Position numbers and translations under genes: made by a program
In this document: piece by piece, positions 18,546 through 27,101 of the stretch
Layout: each line of letters starts with the position of its first letter
Position numbering within the stretch: the stretch's first letter is position 1
Assembly: GCA_965248835.1 (NCBI GenBank)
Contig: CBDFLJ010000001.1
Span: 288,001 to 352,000, forward strand
Source: Alphaproteobacteria bacterium
GTDB lineage: Bacteria > Pseudomonadota > Alphaproteobacteria > MPNO01
Direction: 5' to 3'
Length of the DNA stretch: 64,000 bases
The notes under the pieces: generated by a model
Databases searched by the model: none
What the model saw: only the letters and a program-made list of their open reading frames with translations
What the model was told of the DNA's origin: nothing

Positions 18546-19643
18546 TCAAACGTTGAAACGAAAAAGGATCACATCCCCGTCGCGCACCAGGTAGTCGCGC
18601 CCTTCCCGGCGCATCTTGGCGGCCTCCTTGGCGCCCTGCTCGCCGCCGCAAGTGATGTAGTCGCGGTACGCGATGGTCTCCGCGGCGATAAAGCCGCGCG
18701 CGAAGTCGGTGTGAACCTTGCCCGCGGCATCCTGCGCGCGGGTCTCGGCGGGGATGGTCCAGGCCCTGGCCTCGGTCGGCCCGGCGGTGAAATAGGTGAT
18801 CAGCCCCAGGAGGTCATAGCCCGCGCGGATCACGCGCCCCAGGCCGGTCTCCGCAAGCCCCAGGGTGTCCAGGAACGCCGCACGCTCGGCCTCGTCGTCG
18901 AGCCCGGCGATCTCCGCCTCGATCGCCGCAGAGACGATCACCGACGGCGCGCCGATTTCCTTGGCCCATGCGGCGACGCGGTCCGAATAGGCGTTGCCGC
19001 GGGCGGCGGAGTCCTCATCGACGTTGCAGACGTAGAGGATCGGCTTGGCGCTCAGGAGCTGCATCTGGTGGAACAAGCCCATCTCGTCCTTGGCCGGCGA
19101 AAGCGCGCGGGCGGGTCTGCCGTCGCGGAGCAGGGCGGCGGCGCGCTCGACCATCGCCTGCATTGCGATCGCGTGCCTGTCGCCGCCGCGCGCCTTCTTG
19201 ACCAGCGGCTCCAGCCGGCGCTCGAGGCTCTCGAGGTCGGCCAGCATCAGCTCGGTCTCGACGATCTCGGCATCGCCTGTCGGGTCGGGCGCGCCGCCAT
19301 GGTCGACATCGTCGCTGTCGAAGCAGCGCAGGACGTGGGCGATTGCATCGACCTCGCGGATATGAGCGAGGAACTGGTTGCCCAGCCCCTCGCCGCGGCT
19401 TGCGCCCCGGACCAGACCGGCGATGTCGACGAAGTCGAGCTGAGCGGGCGTGATCTTTGCCGACTTCGCCAACGCCGCGAGCGGCGCGAGCCGATCCTCC
19501 GGCACCGCGATCCGCCCGAGATTGGGCTCGACGGTGGAAAAGGCGTAATTCGCCGCGACCGCGTTGCGCGACTCGGTAAGCGCGTTGAACAGGCACGACT
19601 TGCCGACATTGGGCAGGCCGACGATACCGCAGCGGAATCCCAT
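18546..19643 (-). CDS. ychF: Ribosome-binding ATPase YchF
   Basis: CGIVGLPNVGKS, DIAGLVRGAS.GEGLGNQFL, HTDFARGFI.AE, DGDVILFRFNV. Confidence 0.96.
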   Translation of the reverse strand: MGFRCGIVGLPNVGKSCLFNALTESRNAVAANYAFSTVEPNLGRIAVPEDRLAPLAALAKSAKITPAQLDFVDIAGLVRGASRGEGLGNQFLAHIREVDAIAHVLRCFDSDDVDHGGAPDPTGDAEIVETELMLADLESLERRLEPLVKKARGGDRHAIAMQAMVERAAALLRDGRPARALSPAKDEMGLFHQMQLLSAKPILYVCNVDEDSAARGNAYSDRVAAWAKEIGAPSVIVSAAIEAEIAGLDDEAERAAFLDTLGLAETGLGRVIRAGYDLLGLITYFTAGPTEARAWTIPAETRAQDAAGKVHTDFARGFIAAETIAYRDYITCGGEQGAKEAAKMRREGRDYLVRDGDVILFRFNV

Positions 19644-20257
19644 CAGGCGCCCACCTCCGGCGCCGGGCCGGACGGCTCGGGCGGCTTGGGCGGCGGGCAA
19701 AGCAAGGCGACCTTGGTCATGAAGCCGGCATCATCGCCCTGGATCACCATCGGAAATGCCTCGCAGACCGCCTCGACGAGCTTGGCGAACAGCGGCCGTT
19801 CGGCGGCCGGGAAATCGCTCAGGACATAGCGCTGGACCCGGTGCTTGTCGCCCGGATGGCCGATGCCGACGCGAATCCGGCGGAAGTCCGTGCCGATGTG
19901 GGAGGCGAGGCTGCGCAGCCCGTTGTGGCCGGCATGTCCGCCGCCCCTCTTGATCCGCACCTTGCCGGGTGCGAGGTCGAGTTCGTCATGGATGACGATG
20001 GCCATGCGCGCGCGCAGCTTGTGGAAGTTCAGCGCCGCGCGGACCGCGCGCCCGGACTCGTTCATGTATGTCTCGGGCTTCAGCAGCAGCACCGCCTCAC
20101 CGGCGATCTCTCCGGTCTGGACCCGGCCCTGGAAACGCCGGCGCGGCGCCGACAGGCCGTAGCGGACGGCCAGCGCATCGGCCAAGACGTAGCCGATATT
20201 GTGCCTATGGCGGGCGTGCTTCGCTCCGGGGTTTCCCAGCCCGACGATCAGCAGCAT
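19643..20257 (-). CDS. pth: Peptidyl-tRNA hydrolase
   Basis: IVGLGNPG, RHNIG, KPETYMNESG, HDELDL, GHNGLRS. Confidence 0.96.
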   Translation of the reverse strand: MLLIVGLGNPGAKHARHRHNIGYVLADALAVRYGLSAPRRRFQGRVQTGEIAGEAVLLLKPETYMNESGRAVRAALNFHKLRARMAIVIHDELDLAPGKVRIKRGGGHAGHNGLRSLASHIGTDFRRIRVGIGHPGDKHRVQRYVLSDFPAAERPLFAKLVEAVCEAFPMVIQGDDAGFMTKVALLCPPPKPPEPSGPAPEVGA

Positions 20258-20283
20258 CGATCCCGGCGCGGCCGGTGCCGCGC

Positions 20284-20964
20284 CTATTGCTCGGCCGGCG
20301 GAGTCTCCGACTCATCCGCCGGGGCTTCGCCCTCGGCCGGCGGGGTCTCGCCTTCGGCCGCAGCCTCGCCTTCGCCCTCTTCCGCCTCCTCGAGCACGAC
20401 CGTGGGCGCGGCGACCGTAGCGATGGTGAAGTCGCGGTCGGTGATCGTGAAGCCGACCCCTTCGGGCAAGGTGATCATGCTCGCGTGCGCGCTGCCGCCG
20501 ATATCGAAGCCTTCCAGGCTGATCTCGAACGTGGTCGGGATCTGGTCGGCGGTGCACAGCACCTCGACGTTGTGGCGCACGATGTTGAGCACGCCGCCGC
20601 GCTTCAGGCCTGGCGAGAGATCCTCGTCGACGAACCGCACCGGTACCGCGACCGTCAGTTTGCGCGTCGCGGAGAAGCGCAGGAAATCGACATGCAGCGG
20701 CCGGTCGCTGACCGGATGGTATTGCACCTCACGCGGGAGCACGCGGTGCGTTTGGCCGTCGACCTCGATGTCGAGCAGGCGGATGAAGAATCCCGGCTGG
20801 TCGAGCTCGTGCTCCAGATGCCGCTGCTCGACGCTGATCATGATCGGGGCGAGCTCGTTGCCGTAGATCTGCGCCGGGACCAGGCCCTGCCGGCGCGTGG
20901 CGCGGGCCGCGCCTTTGCCGGCGTGCGCGCGCGGCGCCGCGGTAATCGTTATAACCTCAGCCAT
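20284..20964 (-). CDS. rplY: 50S ribosomal protein L25/Ctc
   Basis: GKGAARATRRQG.VPA.IYG, QYHPV, HVDF, SPGLKRGG; acidic tail; synteny with pth and prs. Confidence 0.95.
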   Translation of the reverse strand: MAEVITITAAPRAHAGKGAARATRRQGLVPAQIYGNELAPIMISVEQRHLEHELDQPGFFIRLLDIEVDGQTHRVLPREVQYHPVSDRPLHVDFLRFSATRKLTVAVPVRFVDEDLSPGLKRGGVLNIVRHNVEVLCTADQIPTTFEISLEGFDIGGSAHASMITLPEGVGFTITDRDFTIATVAAPTVVLEEAEEGEGEAAAEGETPPAEGEAPADESETPPAEQ

Positions 20965-21074
20965 CTCGTCCCGCCTCCAGAAGCCGCAGCCGCACCGGCA
21001 CATGGGCACGTTTCCGGTGCCCGCGCTTGCGTGATCATCCCGTGAAGGCAGGGTATTTATCCGCTGATGCGGGT

Positions 21075-22007
21075 TTAGTCAAACAGGCTGGAGACCGACT
21101 GTTCCTCGCTGATCCGCTTGATCGCCTCGGCCATCAGCGGCGCGATGGAGATCTGGGAGACGTTCTCGCAAACCCGTACCGCCTCGGTCGACAGGATGCT
21201 GTCGGTGGTGACCAGCCGGCTCATCTGCGAAGACGAAACCCGCGAGACCGCCCCGCCCGACAACACGCCGTGGGTCGCGTAGGCGAAGACCGATGCCGCG
21301 CCGTGCTCGGTCAGCGCGTTGGCGGCATTGCACAGCGTGCCGGCCGAATCGACGATGTCGTCGACCAGCACACAGTTCCGGCCGCGCACGTCGCCGATGA
21401 CGTTCATCACCTCCGAGACGCCGGCCCTTTCGCGCCGCTTGTCGATAATCGCAAGATCGGTATCGAGCCGCCGTGCCACCGCGCGCGCCCGGATGACCCC
21501 GCCGACATCGGGCGAGATGATCGTCAGGTCCTCGCCGTTGAACTGCTCGTTGATATGGCGCACGAAGACCGGTGCCGCAAAAAGATTATCCAGCGGGATG
21601 TCGAAGAACCCCTGGATCTGGCCGGCATGGAGGTCCAGGGTGAGCACCCGGTCCGCCCCTGCGGTGGTGATCAGGTTGGCTACCAGCTTGGCCGAGATCG
21701 GCGTGCGGGGTCCGGACTTCCGATCCTGGCGGGCGTAGCCGAAATAGGGGACCACCGCGGTGATGCGCCGGGCCGAGCCGCGCCTGAGCGCATCCAGCAT
21801 CACCAGCAGTTCCATGAGGTTGTCGTTCGCCGGATAGGAGGTTGACTGGATCACGAACACGTCCTGGCCGCGGACGTTCTCGTGGATTTCGACGAAGCAC
21901 TCCAGGTCGGAGAAGCGGCGGATGCTGGCCTGGGCAAGGGGAAGCTGCAGGTACGCCGCGATAGCCTCGGCCAAAGGGCGATTACTGTTCCCGGCGACGA
22001 GCTTCAT
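21075..22007 (-). CDS. prs: Ribose-phosphate pyrophosphokinase
   Basis: [47 protein letters not shown]. Confidence 0.97.
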   Translation of the reverse strand: MKLVAGNSNRPLAEAIAAYLQLPLAQASIRRFSDLECFVEIHENVRGQDVFVIQSTSYPANDNLMELLVMLDALRRGSARRITAVVPYFGYARQDRKSGPRTPISAKLVANLITTAGADRVLTLDLHAGQIQGFFDIPLDNLFAAPVFVRHINEQFNGEDLTIISPDVGGVIRARAVARRLDTDLAIIDKRRERAGVSEVMNVIGDVRGRNCVLVDDIVDSAGTLCNAANALTEHGAASVFAYATHGVLSGGAVSRVSSSQMSRLVTTDSILSTEAVRVCENVSQISIAPLMAEAIKRISEEQSVSSLFD

Positions 22008-22154
22008 CGCGCCCTTTCGGAGACTCCGCAACGGAACCGCGGCCGGGCCGCAGCAAACCCCACCGGCGGCGTCACTCTATCAACGACCAGGAAAACTGTA
22101 AACGGTCTGTCATGATTCAGGACACAAAGACCGGTGGAGCATCCGCGGTCTCGA

Positions 22155-23366
22155 TCACGGCGCCTCAGCCCACGGCCGGACGATCAGCCCATAGGCCGCG
22201 ATCGGGCACAGCGAGGCGATGCCGATGGCGATCACCATGGGGATCTGGGTGCCGTCGGCGAAATAGCCGACCAGCGCGCCGGTCGCCGAGCTGAAGGCAA
22301 GCTGGACGAAGCCCATCATCGAGGCGGCGGCGCCGGTGTTGCGGTCGAACAGCGACATCGCTGCGGCCTGGGCCGGCGGGACGATGAAGCAGAAGGCGAA
22401 CATGAAGATGCCCACCGGCACGACGACCGCCGCGGCCGTGTCGATGCGCGCCAGGCCGAGTCCGGCGACGGCGATCCCCGATGCGGCCATGACCAGGGCG
22501 CCGGGCACGATCATGCCGGCGATCGCGCGCCGCCGGACCAGCCGCGCGCTTGCCCAGGTCCCGGCCAGGTAAACCAGCATCGTCGCCGAGACCAGATAGC
22601 CGAAATCGGCCACCGACAGGCCGAACTGGTTGATCAGCGTCGCCGGCGAGGCGAACAGGAACGCGAACAGCCCGCTATAGCAGGCCGCCATCGCCAGGAG
22701 ATAGCCGACATAGGGCCGGTTGGTCAGCACCCGCACATAGTTGTTCAACAGATCCGCCGGCCTGGTTGCCGTCGGATCGCGCTCGGCAAGCGACTCTCCG
22801 AGCGAACGCCAGACCAGCACCATCAGGATCGCGGTATAGGCGGCGAGGAACCAGAAGGCGGCCTGCCATCCGAACCGGATCGTCAAGTGGGCGCCCAGGA
22901 TGGGGCCGATGAGGGGTGCGAACCCGTGGACCATCATGATCTGGGCATACATGCGGGCGGCATCCTCGTCGCGGTAGAGATCCCGAACGACCGCGCGCGC
23001 CAGCACCGACATCGCGCACGCTGCCAGGCCGTGAACCGCACGGAAGGCGGTCAGCGCCTCGATCGAGGGCGCGAACGCACATCCGAGCGAGGCCGCGAAG
23101 AAGAGTCCGAGTCCGACCATCAGGACCGGTCGGCGGCCGAACCGGTCCGAGACCGGCCCATAGATGAGCTGCCCGGCGGCGAGGCCGGCGACGAAGGCGC
23201 TGAGGCTGAACTGGACCGCCGCATTGCTCACCCCGAAGGCGGCCGCGGTCATCGGCATCGACGGCAGGGTCAGGTCGATCGCAAAAGGCAGCGTCGCCAG
23301 CAGGAGGCCGAGCAAGACGACCAGGAACACGAGATTGCGCCGGCCCGCCGACGGCGCCGGCGTCAC
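22155..23366 (-). CDS. Bcr/CflA family MFS efflux transporter
   Basis: AIDL.LPSMP, GQLIYGPVSDRFGRRPV, AVVRDLY; about 12 hydrophobic segments. Confidence 0.9.
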   Translation of the reverse strand: MTPAPSAGRRNLVFLVVLLGLLLATLPFAIDLTLPSMPMTAAAFGVSNAAVQFSLSAFVAGLAAGQLIYGPVSDRFGRRPVLMVGLGLFFAASLGCAFAPSIEALTAFRAVHGLAACAMSVLARAVVRDLYRDEDAARMYAQIMMVHGFAPLIGPILGAHLTIRFGWQAAFWFLAAYTAILMVLVWRSLGESLAERDPTATRPADLLNNYVRVLTNRPYVGYLLAMAACYSGLFAFLFASPATLINQFGLSVADFGYLVSATMLVYLAGTWASARLVRRRAIAGMIVPGALVMAASGIAVAGLGLARIDTAAAVVVPVGIFMFAFCFIVPPAQAAAMSLFDRNTGAAASMMGFVQLAFSSATGALVGYFADGTQIPMVIAIGIASLCPIAAYGLIVRPWAEAP

Positions 23367-23384
23367 GAGCGTTCCAACACGATC

Positions 23385-23855
23385 TCAGCCGCTGTTCTCG
23401 ACATCGGCGATGATGTTGCCGCGCAGGTCCCGCAACAGAGTCTTGAGCTGTTCCTGCTCTTCGCGGGTGAGGTTGGCCACACCCAGCCGGTTGATCGCCT
23501 CGACTTCAGGCATGACCAGGTCGTAGATCTGGCGCCCCTTCTCGGTCAGGAAGACGTTGATCATACGGCCGTCGTCCACGTTGTTGACCCGTTTGACGAG
23601 GCCGCGCTCCTCCAGCCGGTTGACCGCCGCGACCGTGGTCGGACCCTTCATCCGGACCCGCTCGGACAGCTCGCGCTGGGTCAGCCCGTCCTCCTGCCAC
23701 AGGGCGCGGAGGAACGGCCACAGGCCGAACGTCACCCCGTGGCGGGAGATGCGCCTGGAGAAGCGGGACGTGAAGGCCCGGGTGGTGTCCCACAGCAGGA
23801 AACCCAAGGTCTCCTCGGGCGCAAACGGGTCGTGTCGCGACATGGCGAACGACAT
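23385..23855 (-). CDS. MarR family transcriptional regulator (alternative start 23843)
   Basis: GLTQRELSER, VNRLEERGLV.R, DGR...FLT.KG winged helix. Confidence 0.92.
   Translation of the reverse strand: MSFAMSRHDPFAPEETLGFLLWDTTRAFTSRFSRRISRHGVTFGLWPFLRALWQEDGLTQRELSERVRMKGPTTVAAVNRLEERGLVKRVNNVDDGRMINVFLTEKGRQIYDLVMPEVEAINRLGVANLTREEQEQLKTLLRDLRGNIIADVENSG
23835..23853 (-). promoter_or_regulatory. Candidate MarR autoregulatory operator overlapping the marR start
   Basis: Minus-strand GTCGTTCGCCATGTCGCGA matches the 25423-25441 site at 15 of 19 positions. Confidence 0.4.
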
Positions 23856-23894
23856 AATACACCGGGGGTTGCAAAGAAAGGTCGCGGGCGCGCC

Positions 23895-25076
23895 TCAACC
23901 GTCGAACGGCCGGAAGGGCTTCGACAGCGCGATCCCCTGACCCTGGTAGCTGGAACCCAGATCGGTCCCGTAGACCCTGTCCGGCTTGCCGCCGGCGATC
24001 CACGAATAACGGAGCCAGCCGACAATCTGGGCATGCTCGAGCGAGAAGGAGACACCGTAGGAGCGCACCTCCAGGACCGCCCTGCTTCCGCGGGCCTGCC
24101 CGTCGATCCAGCCAAAGCCGGGATCGAAAAAGCCCGCATAATGCGCCCGATACTCGCCGGAGATCGGATCGAAGGGCACCATCTCGGCCGCAAGCTGGGG
24201 CGGAACGCCGATGTCCTCGCGCGTGCCCAGGATATGGAAATCGCCCGGGTCGAGATAAATTCGACCGTTGTCGGCCGGCATCTTCTCCCAGAAATCGCCC
24301 GGTCGGTAGAAATTCACCTTGTCGATATCGATCTTGTTGGTGTTTTTTTTCGCCTTGAAGCCGACCGCGGCGGCGGGGCCGCCGCCGCGCAGGTCGACGG
24401 TGACCGGGACCATCGCTTCGCGCAGCGGCAACCGTCCGCCATCGACCCGCAGCAGGTCTCCGCGCTCATAGCGCGACTGGATCTCACTTGCCGGCATGGC
24501 GGGCTTGCCACGCTGGAACCTTACCTGGGTCAGACGAGACCCCTGGCGAACGACGATGCTGAAGGTCTGGGGGGCGATTTCGACGAAAAGCGGTCCCCGG
24601 TAGCCGGCCTCGATCCGGTCGAAGGCGGTCGCCCGATCGGTCACCAGCCTGGTCAGGACGTCCAGGCGCCCGATCGAGCTCTTCGGGTTGGCGATTCCCA
24701 GGATGTCGCTTGGAAGGCGGGCGTGCTCCTCGATCTCGGCGACATAGACGACGCCCTTTTCAAGGACCGCCCCTTCGGCCAGATCGATGGCGGGCAGCCC
24801 GTCAAGCTGCGCGATTCTTTCCATGACCGCGGAATTCGAGTTCGGCAGAAAGCTCGCGCGGACCCGGTAGGCGCGCCGCCCCAACCGCAGGTCCAGGCTC
24901 GCCGGCTGGAGTTGCGACGGCTCGATATCCTTGGTGGATTCGACGCCCCCCTCGCGGATCAGGGCACCGATGCCCTGATAGGGGATGATTCCGGTATTCC
25001 GGTAGTGAAGGACGTTGCCGGAGCTTCCGCCTCCATCCATCGAGAAAAGTCCAGGCCCGCCGCCCTTCTCGGTCAT
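23895..25076 (-). CDS. dcd: dCTP deaminase, long two-domain alphaproteobacterial type
   Basis: QPASLDLRLG, ANPKSSIGRLDV.TR, HYAGFFDPGFG, AVLEVRS, YQGQG..LSK.F. Confidence 0.92.
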   Translation of the reverse strand: MTEKGGGPGLFSMDGGGSSGNVLHYRNTGIIPYQGIGALIREGGVESTKDIEPSQLQPASLDLRLGRRAYRVRASFLPNSNSAVMERIAQLDGLPAIDLAEGAVLEKGVVYVAEIEEHARLPSDILGIANPKSSIGRLDVLTRLVTDRATAFDRIEAGYRGPLFVEIAPQTFSIVVRQGSRLTQVRFQRGKPAMPASEIQSRYERGDLLRVDGGRLPLREAMVPVTVDLRGGGPAAAVGFKAKKNTNKIDIDKVNFYRPGDFWEKMPADNGRIYLDPGDFHILGTREDIGVPPQLAAEMVPFDPISGEYRAHYAGFFDPGFGWIDGQARGSRAVLEVRSYGVSFSLEHAQIVGWLRYSWIAGGKPDRVYGTDLGSSYQGQGIALSKPFRPFDG

Positions 25077-25156
25077 TGTTGCCCGCCAATCGCGCCCGCC
25101 TCGGCGGTTCACTCTATTCTGCCGAAAAGGCGTGGCAAGAGAATAGGGCTCACAGC

Positions 25157-25268
25157 TTGTCCCCCGAATCATTCGCGCCCGGGGTGATGCTCAACCGGTT
25201 GAATCCGGCCGGGCAGAGATGCCTTTCCCCGTTATGCACACAGGCTGGGGATATCCTTCTGTGGATGG
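25157..25268. promoter_or_regulatory. Cluster of DnaA-box-like 9-mers and GANTC sites upstream of dcd
   Basis: TTATGCACA 25232-25240, TGGGGATAT 25246-25254, TGTGGATGG 25260-25268, TTGTCCCCC 25157-25165; GAATC at 25166 and 25201. Confidence 0.5.
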
Positions 25269-25319
25269 AATTTGCCCCGAACCGAGGAGCGTTCACCCCG
25301 CTTCGGCGCAATAAGGCTC

Positions 25320-25380
25320 GGGCCGCGCACGGGCCGCGCACGGGCCGCACACGGGCCGCACAGGGGCCGCACAGGGGCCG
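25320..25380. repeat. 11-bp tandem repeat, about 5.5 copies
   Basis: gggccgcgcac x2, gggccgcacac, gggccgcacag x2, gggccg. Confidence 0.92.
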
Positions 25381-25397
25381 GCCGAGGCCCGGGCTGA

Positions 25398-25441
25398 TTG
25401 ACTCTCCGACCCCCAGTCGTTAGTCGTTCGTCATCTAACGA
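25398..25441 (+). promoter_or_regulatory. Putative sigma70 promoter with an overlapping MarR-type palindrome
   Basis: TTGACT at 25398; TAGTCG 17 nt later; TCGTTcGtcatCtAACGA dyad at 25424-25441, just upstream of ATG 25474. Confidence 0.55.
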
Positions 25442-25473
25442 ATTGGCCCTGGAGACCACGGGGAGGACGCGCG

Positions 25474-26292
25474 ATGGCCTACGAGACGATCGAGATCGAC
25501 ATCGAGGACGGCGTGGGCGTCCTCACGCTCAACCGGCCGGAAAAGAAGAACGCGATGAACCCGCGCCTCCACGAGGAAGTGACCGAGGCGCTGGAGAGGC
25601 TGCGTTATGACGACGACGTCCGGGTGCTGGTCGTCACCGGAGCCGGCGATTCGTTCTCGGCCGGCATGGACCTCAAGGAGTTTTTCATCGAGCTCAAGTC
25701 CAAGCCCGCCGAGTACGACCGGATCACCCGGATCTCGATCGAATGGCGCGGCCGAACGCTGCGCTATTTCCCCAAGCCCACCATCGCTATGGTCAACGGC
25801 TACTGCTTCGGTGGCGCGTTCACCATCGTGGAGGCCTGCGACCTCGCGGTCGCGGCCGAGGACGCGAAGATGGGGCTGAGCGAGATCAACTTCAAAATGT
25901 TCCCCGGCGGCAGCGTCTCGAAATCGATGGGCAATTTGCTGCGCCCGCGCGATTATCTCTGGTATGCGATGACCGGCCGACCGTTCTCCGGCGCGGTCGC
26001 CGCCGAGATCGGCTTCGTCAATTTCGCCTTCCCGGCTGCCCGGCTGCGCGAGGAGACCATGAACGCGGCCCGCGAAATCGCCGCCAAGGACCCCTCGGCG
26101 CTGCGCGCGACCAAGGACGCCTACCGGTTCTCGCTCGACATGGACTGGGACACCGCGATGAGCTACGCATCGGCGATGGAGGCGCAGCATACCCAGCGCC
26201 AGGACGATGCGTTCCGCAAGGAGGGAATCGGCGATTTCCTCGACAAGAAGTACCGCCCGGGCCTCGGTGGCCACGAGAACGCCGGCGCCTAG
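25474..26292 (+). CDS. Second p-hydroxycinnamoyl-CoA hydratase/lyase-like crotonase
   Basis: NRPEKKNAMNP, AGMDLKEFF, TIAMVNGYCFGGAF, LSEINF, FLDKKYRPG; RBS gggagg. Confidence 0.85.
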   Translation: MAYETIEIDIEDGVGVLTLNRPEKKNAMNPRLHEEVTEALERLRYDDDVRVLVVTGAGDSFSAGMDLKEFFIELKSKPAEYDRITRISIEWRGRTLRYFPKPTIAMVNGYCFGGAFTIVEACDLAVAAEDAKMGLSEINFKMFPGGSVSKSMGNLLRPRDYLWYAMTGRPFSGAVAAEIGFVNFAFPAARLREETMNAAREIAAKDPSALRATKDAYRFSLDMDWDTAMSYASAMEAQHTQRQDDAFRKEGIGDFLDKKYRPGLGGHENAGA

Positions 26293-26320
26293 CGATATGA
26301 TGTGAGTCCGGGAGACGACG

Positions 26321-27097
26321 ATGGCCACCTGCACCGAAAGCACATTCGACTACAAAGGCTCCAACGTCTTCCTGCGGCGCGGCGGGGCCGGCGCGCCGCT
26401 GTTGTTCCTGCACGGCGCCGGCGGTGTCGCCGACTGGTTGCCCTTTCTCGACAAACTCTCCGATGATTTCGACGTGATCGTGCTGGACCATCCGACCTTC
26501 GGCCGCTCGGATGAGCCCGACTGGGTCGAGGACGTGGCCGACATGGCCTATTTCTATCTCGACTTCATGGAGAGCAACGGCCTGGAGGACGTCCATCTCG
26601 TCGGCCAGTCGCTCGGCGGCTGGATCGCGCTGGAGATGGCGATCCGCAACACCGCGCGCATCAAGTCTCTGACGCTGGTCGGCTCGGCAGGTATCCGCAT
26701 CAAGGGGCAGCCGGCGGCCGACATCTTCATGATGGACGATGAGGAGCTCGCCCGGGTGCTGCTGGTCGACGAGAACCGGATCCAGGCGATGCTGGCCATG
26801 GAGCTGACCGAGGAACAGCAGGATACGGTGATCAAGAACAAGGTCGCCACCGCCCGGCTGGGCTGGCAGCCGCGCCTGTTCAACCCGCGGCTGCGCAAGT
26901 GGATGCACCGGATCGACGTCCCGACCCATATCATCTGGGGTGCGGCCGACAAGGTGATCCCGCCGAGCTATGCCGCGGAGTTCCAACGCCTGATCGAGGG
27001 TTCGAAGGTGACCATGATCGACGGCTGCGGCCATTTGCCGAACATCGAGCAGACCGAGGTCTTCGTCGATGCGGTCGGCGGTTTCCTGAAAGGGTAA
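26321..27097 (+). CDS. Alpha/beta fold hydrolase
   Basis: FLHGAGG, GQSLGGW, WG..D, CGHLP. Confidence 0.9.
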   Translation: MATCTESTFDYKGSNVFLRRGGAGAPLLFLHGAGGVADWLPFLDKLSDDFDVIVLDHPTFGRSDEPDWVEDVADMAYFYLDFMESNGLEDVHLVGQSLGGWIALEMAIRNTARIKSLTLVGSAGIRIKGQPAADIFMMDDEELARVLLVDENRIQAMLAMELTEEQQDTVIKNKVATARLGWQPRLFNPRLRKWMHRIDVPTHIIWGAADKVIPPSYAAEFQRLIEGSKVTMIDGCGHLPNIEQTEVFVDAVGGFLKG

Positions 27098-27101
27098 GCC
27101 C

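Noticed and set aside
24343-24350. A8 run in dcd as a programmed frameshift or phase-variation site
   Set aside because: The frame is intact, the run simply encodes KKN, and no meaningful alternative product is evident.
22134-25187. 1017-aa plus-strand ORF
   Set aside because: It is antisense to three recognisable genes (MFS, MarR, dcd) and has no motifs. This is a stop-poor shadow frame typical of high-GC DNA.
25320-25380. CRISPR array
   Set aside because: Contiguous 11-bp units with no spacers and no cas genes.
25077-25473. Replication origin (oriC)
   Set aside because: Only one consensus DnaA box, no AT-rich unwinding element, and no hemE/dnaA-type neighbours.
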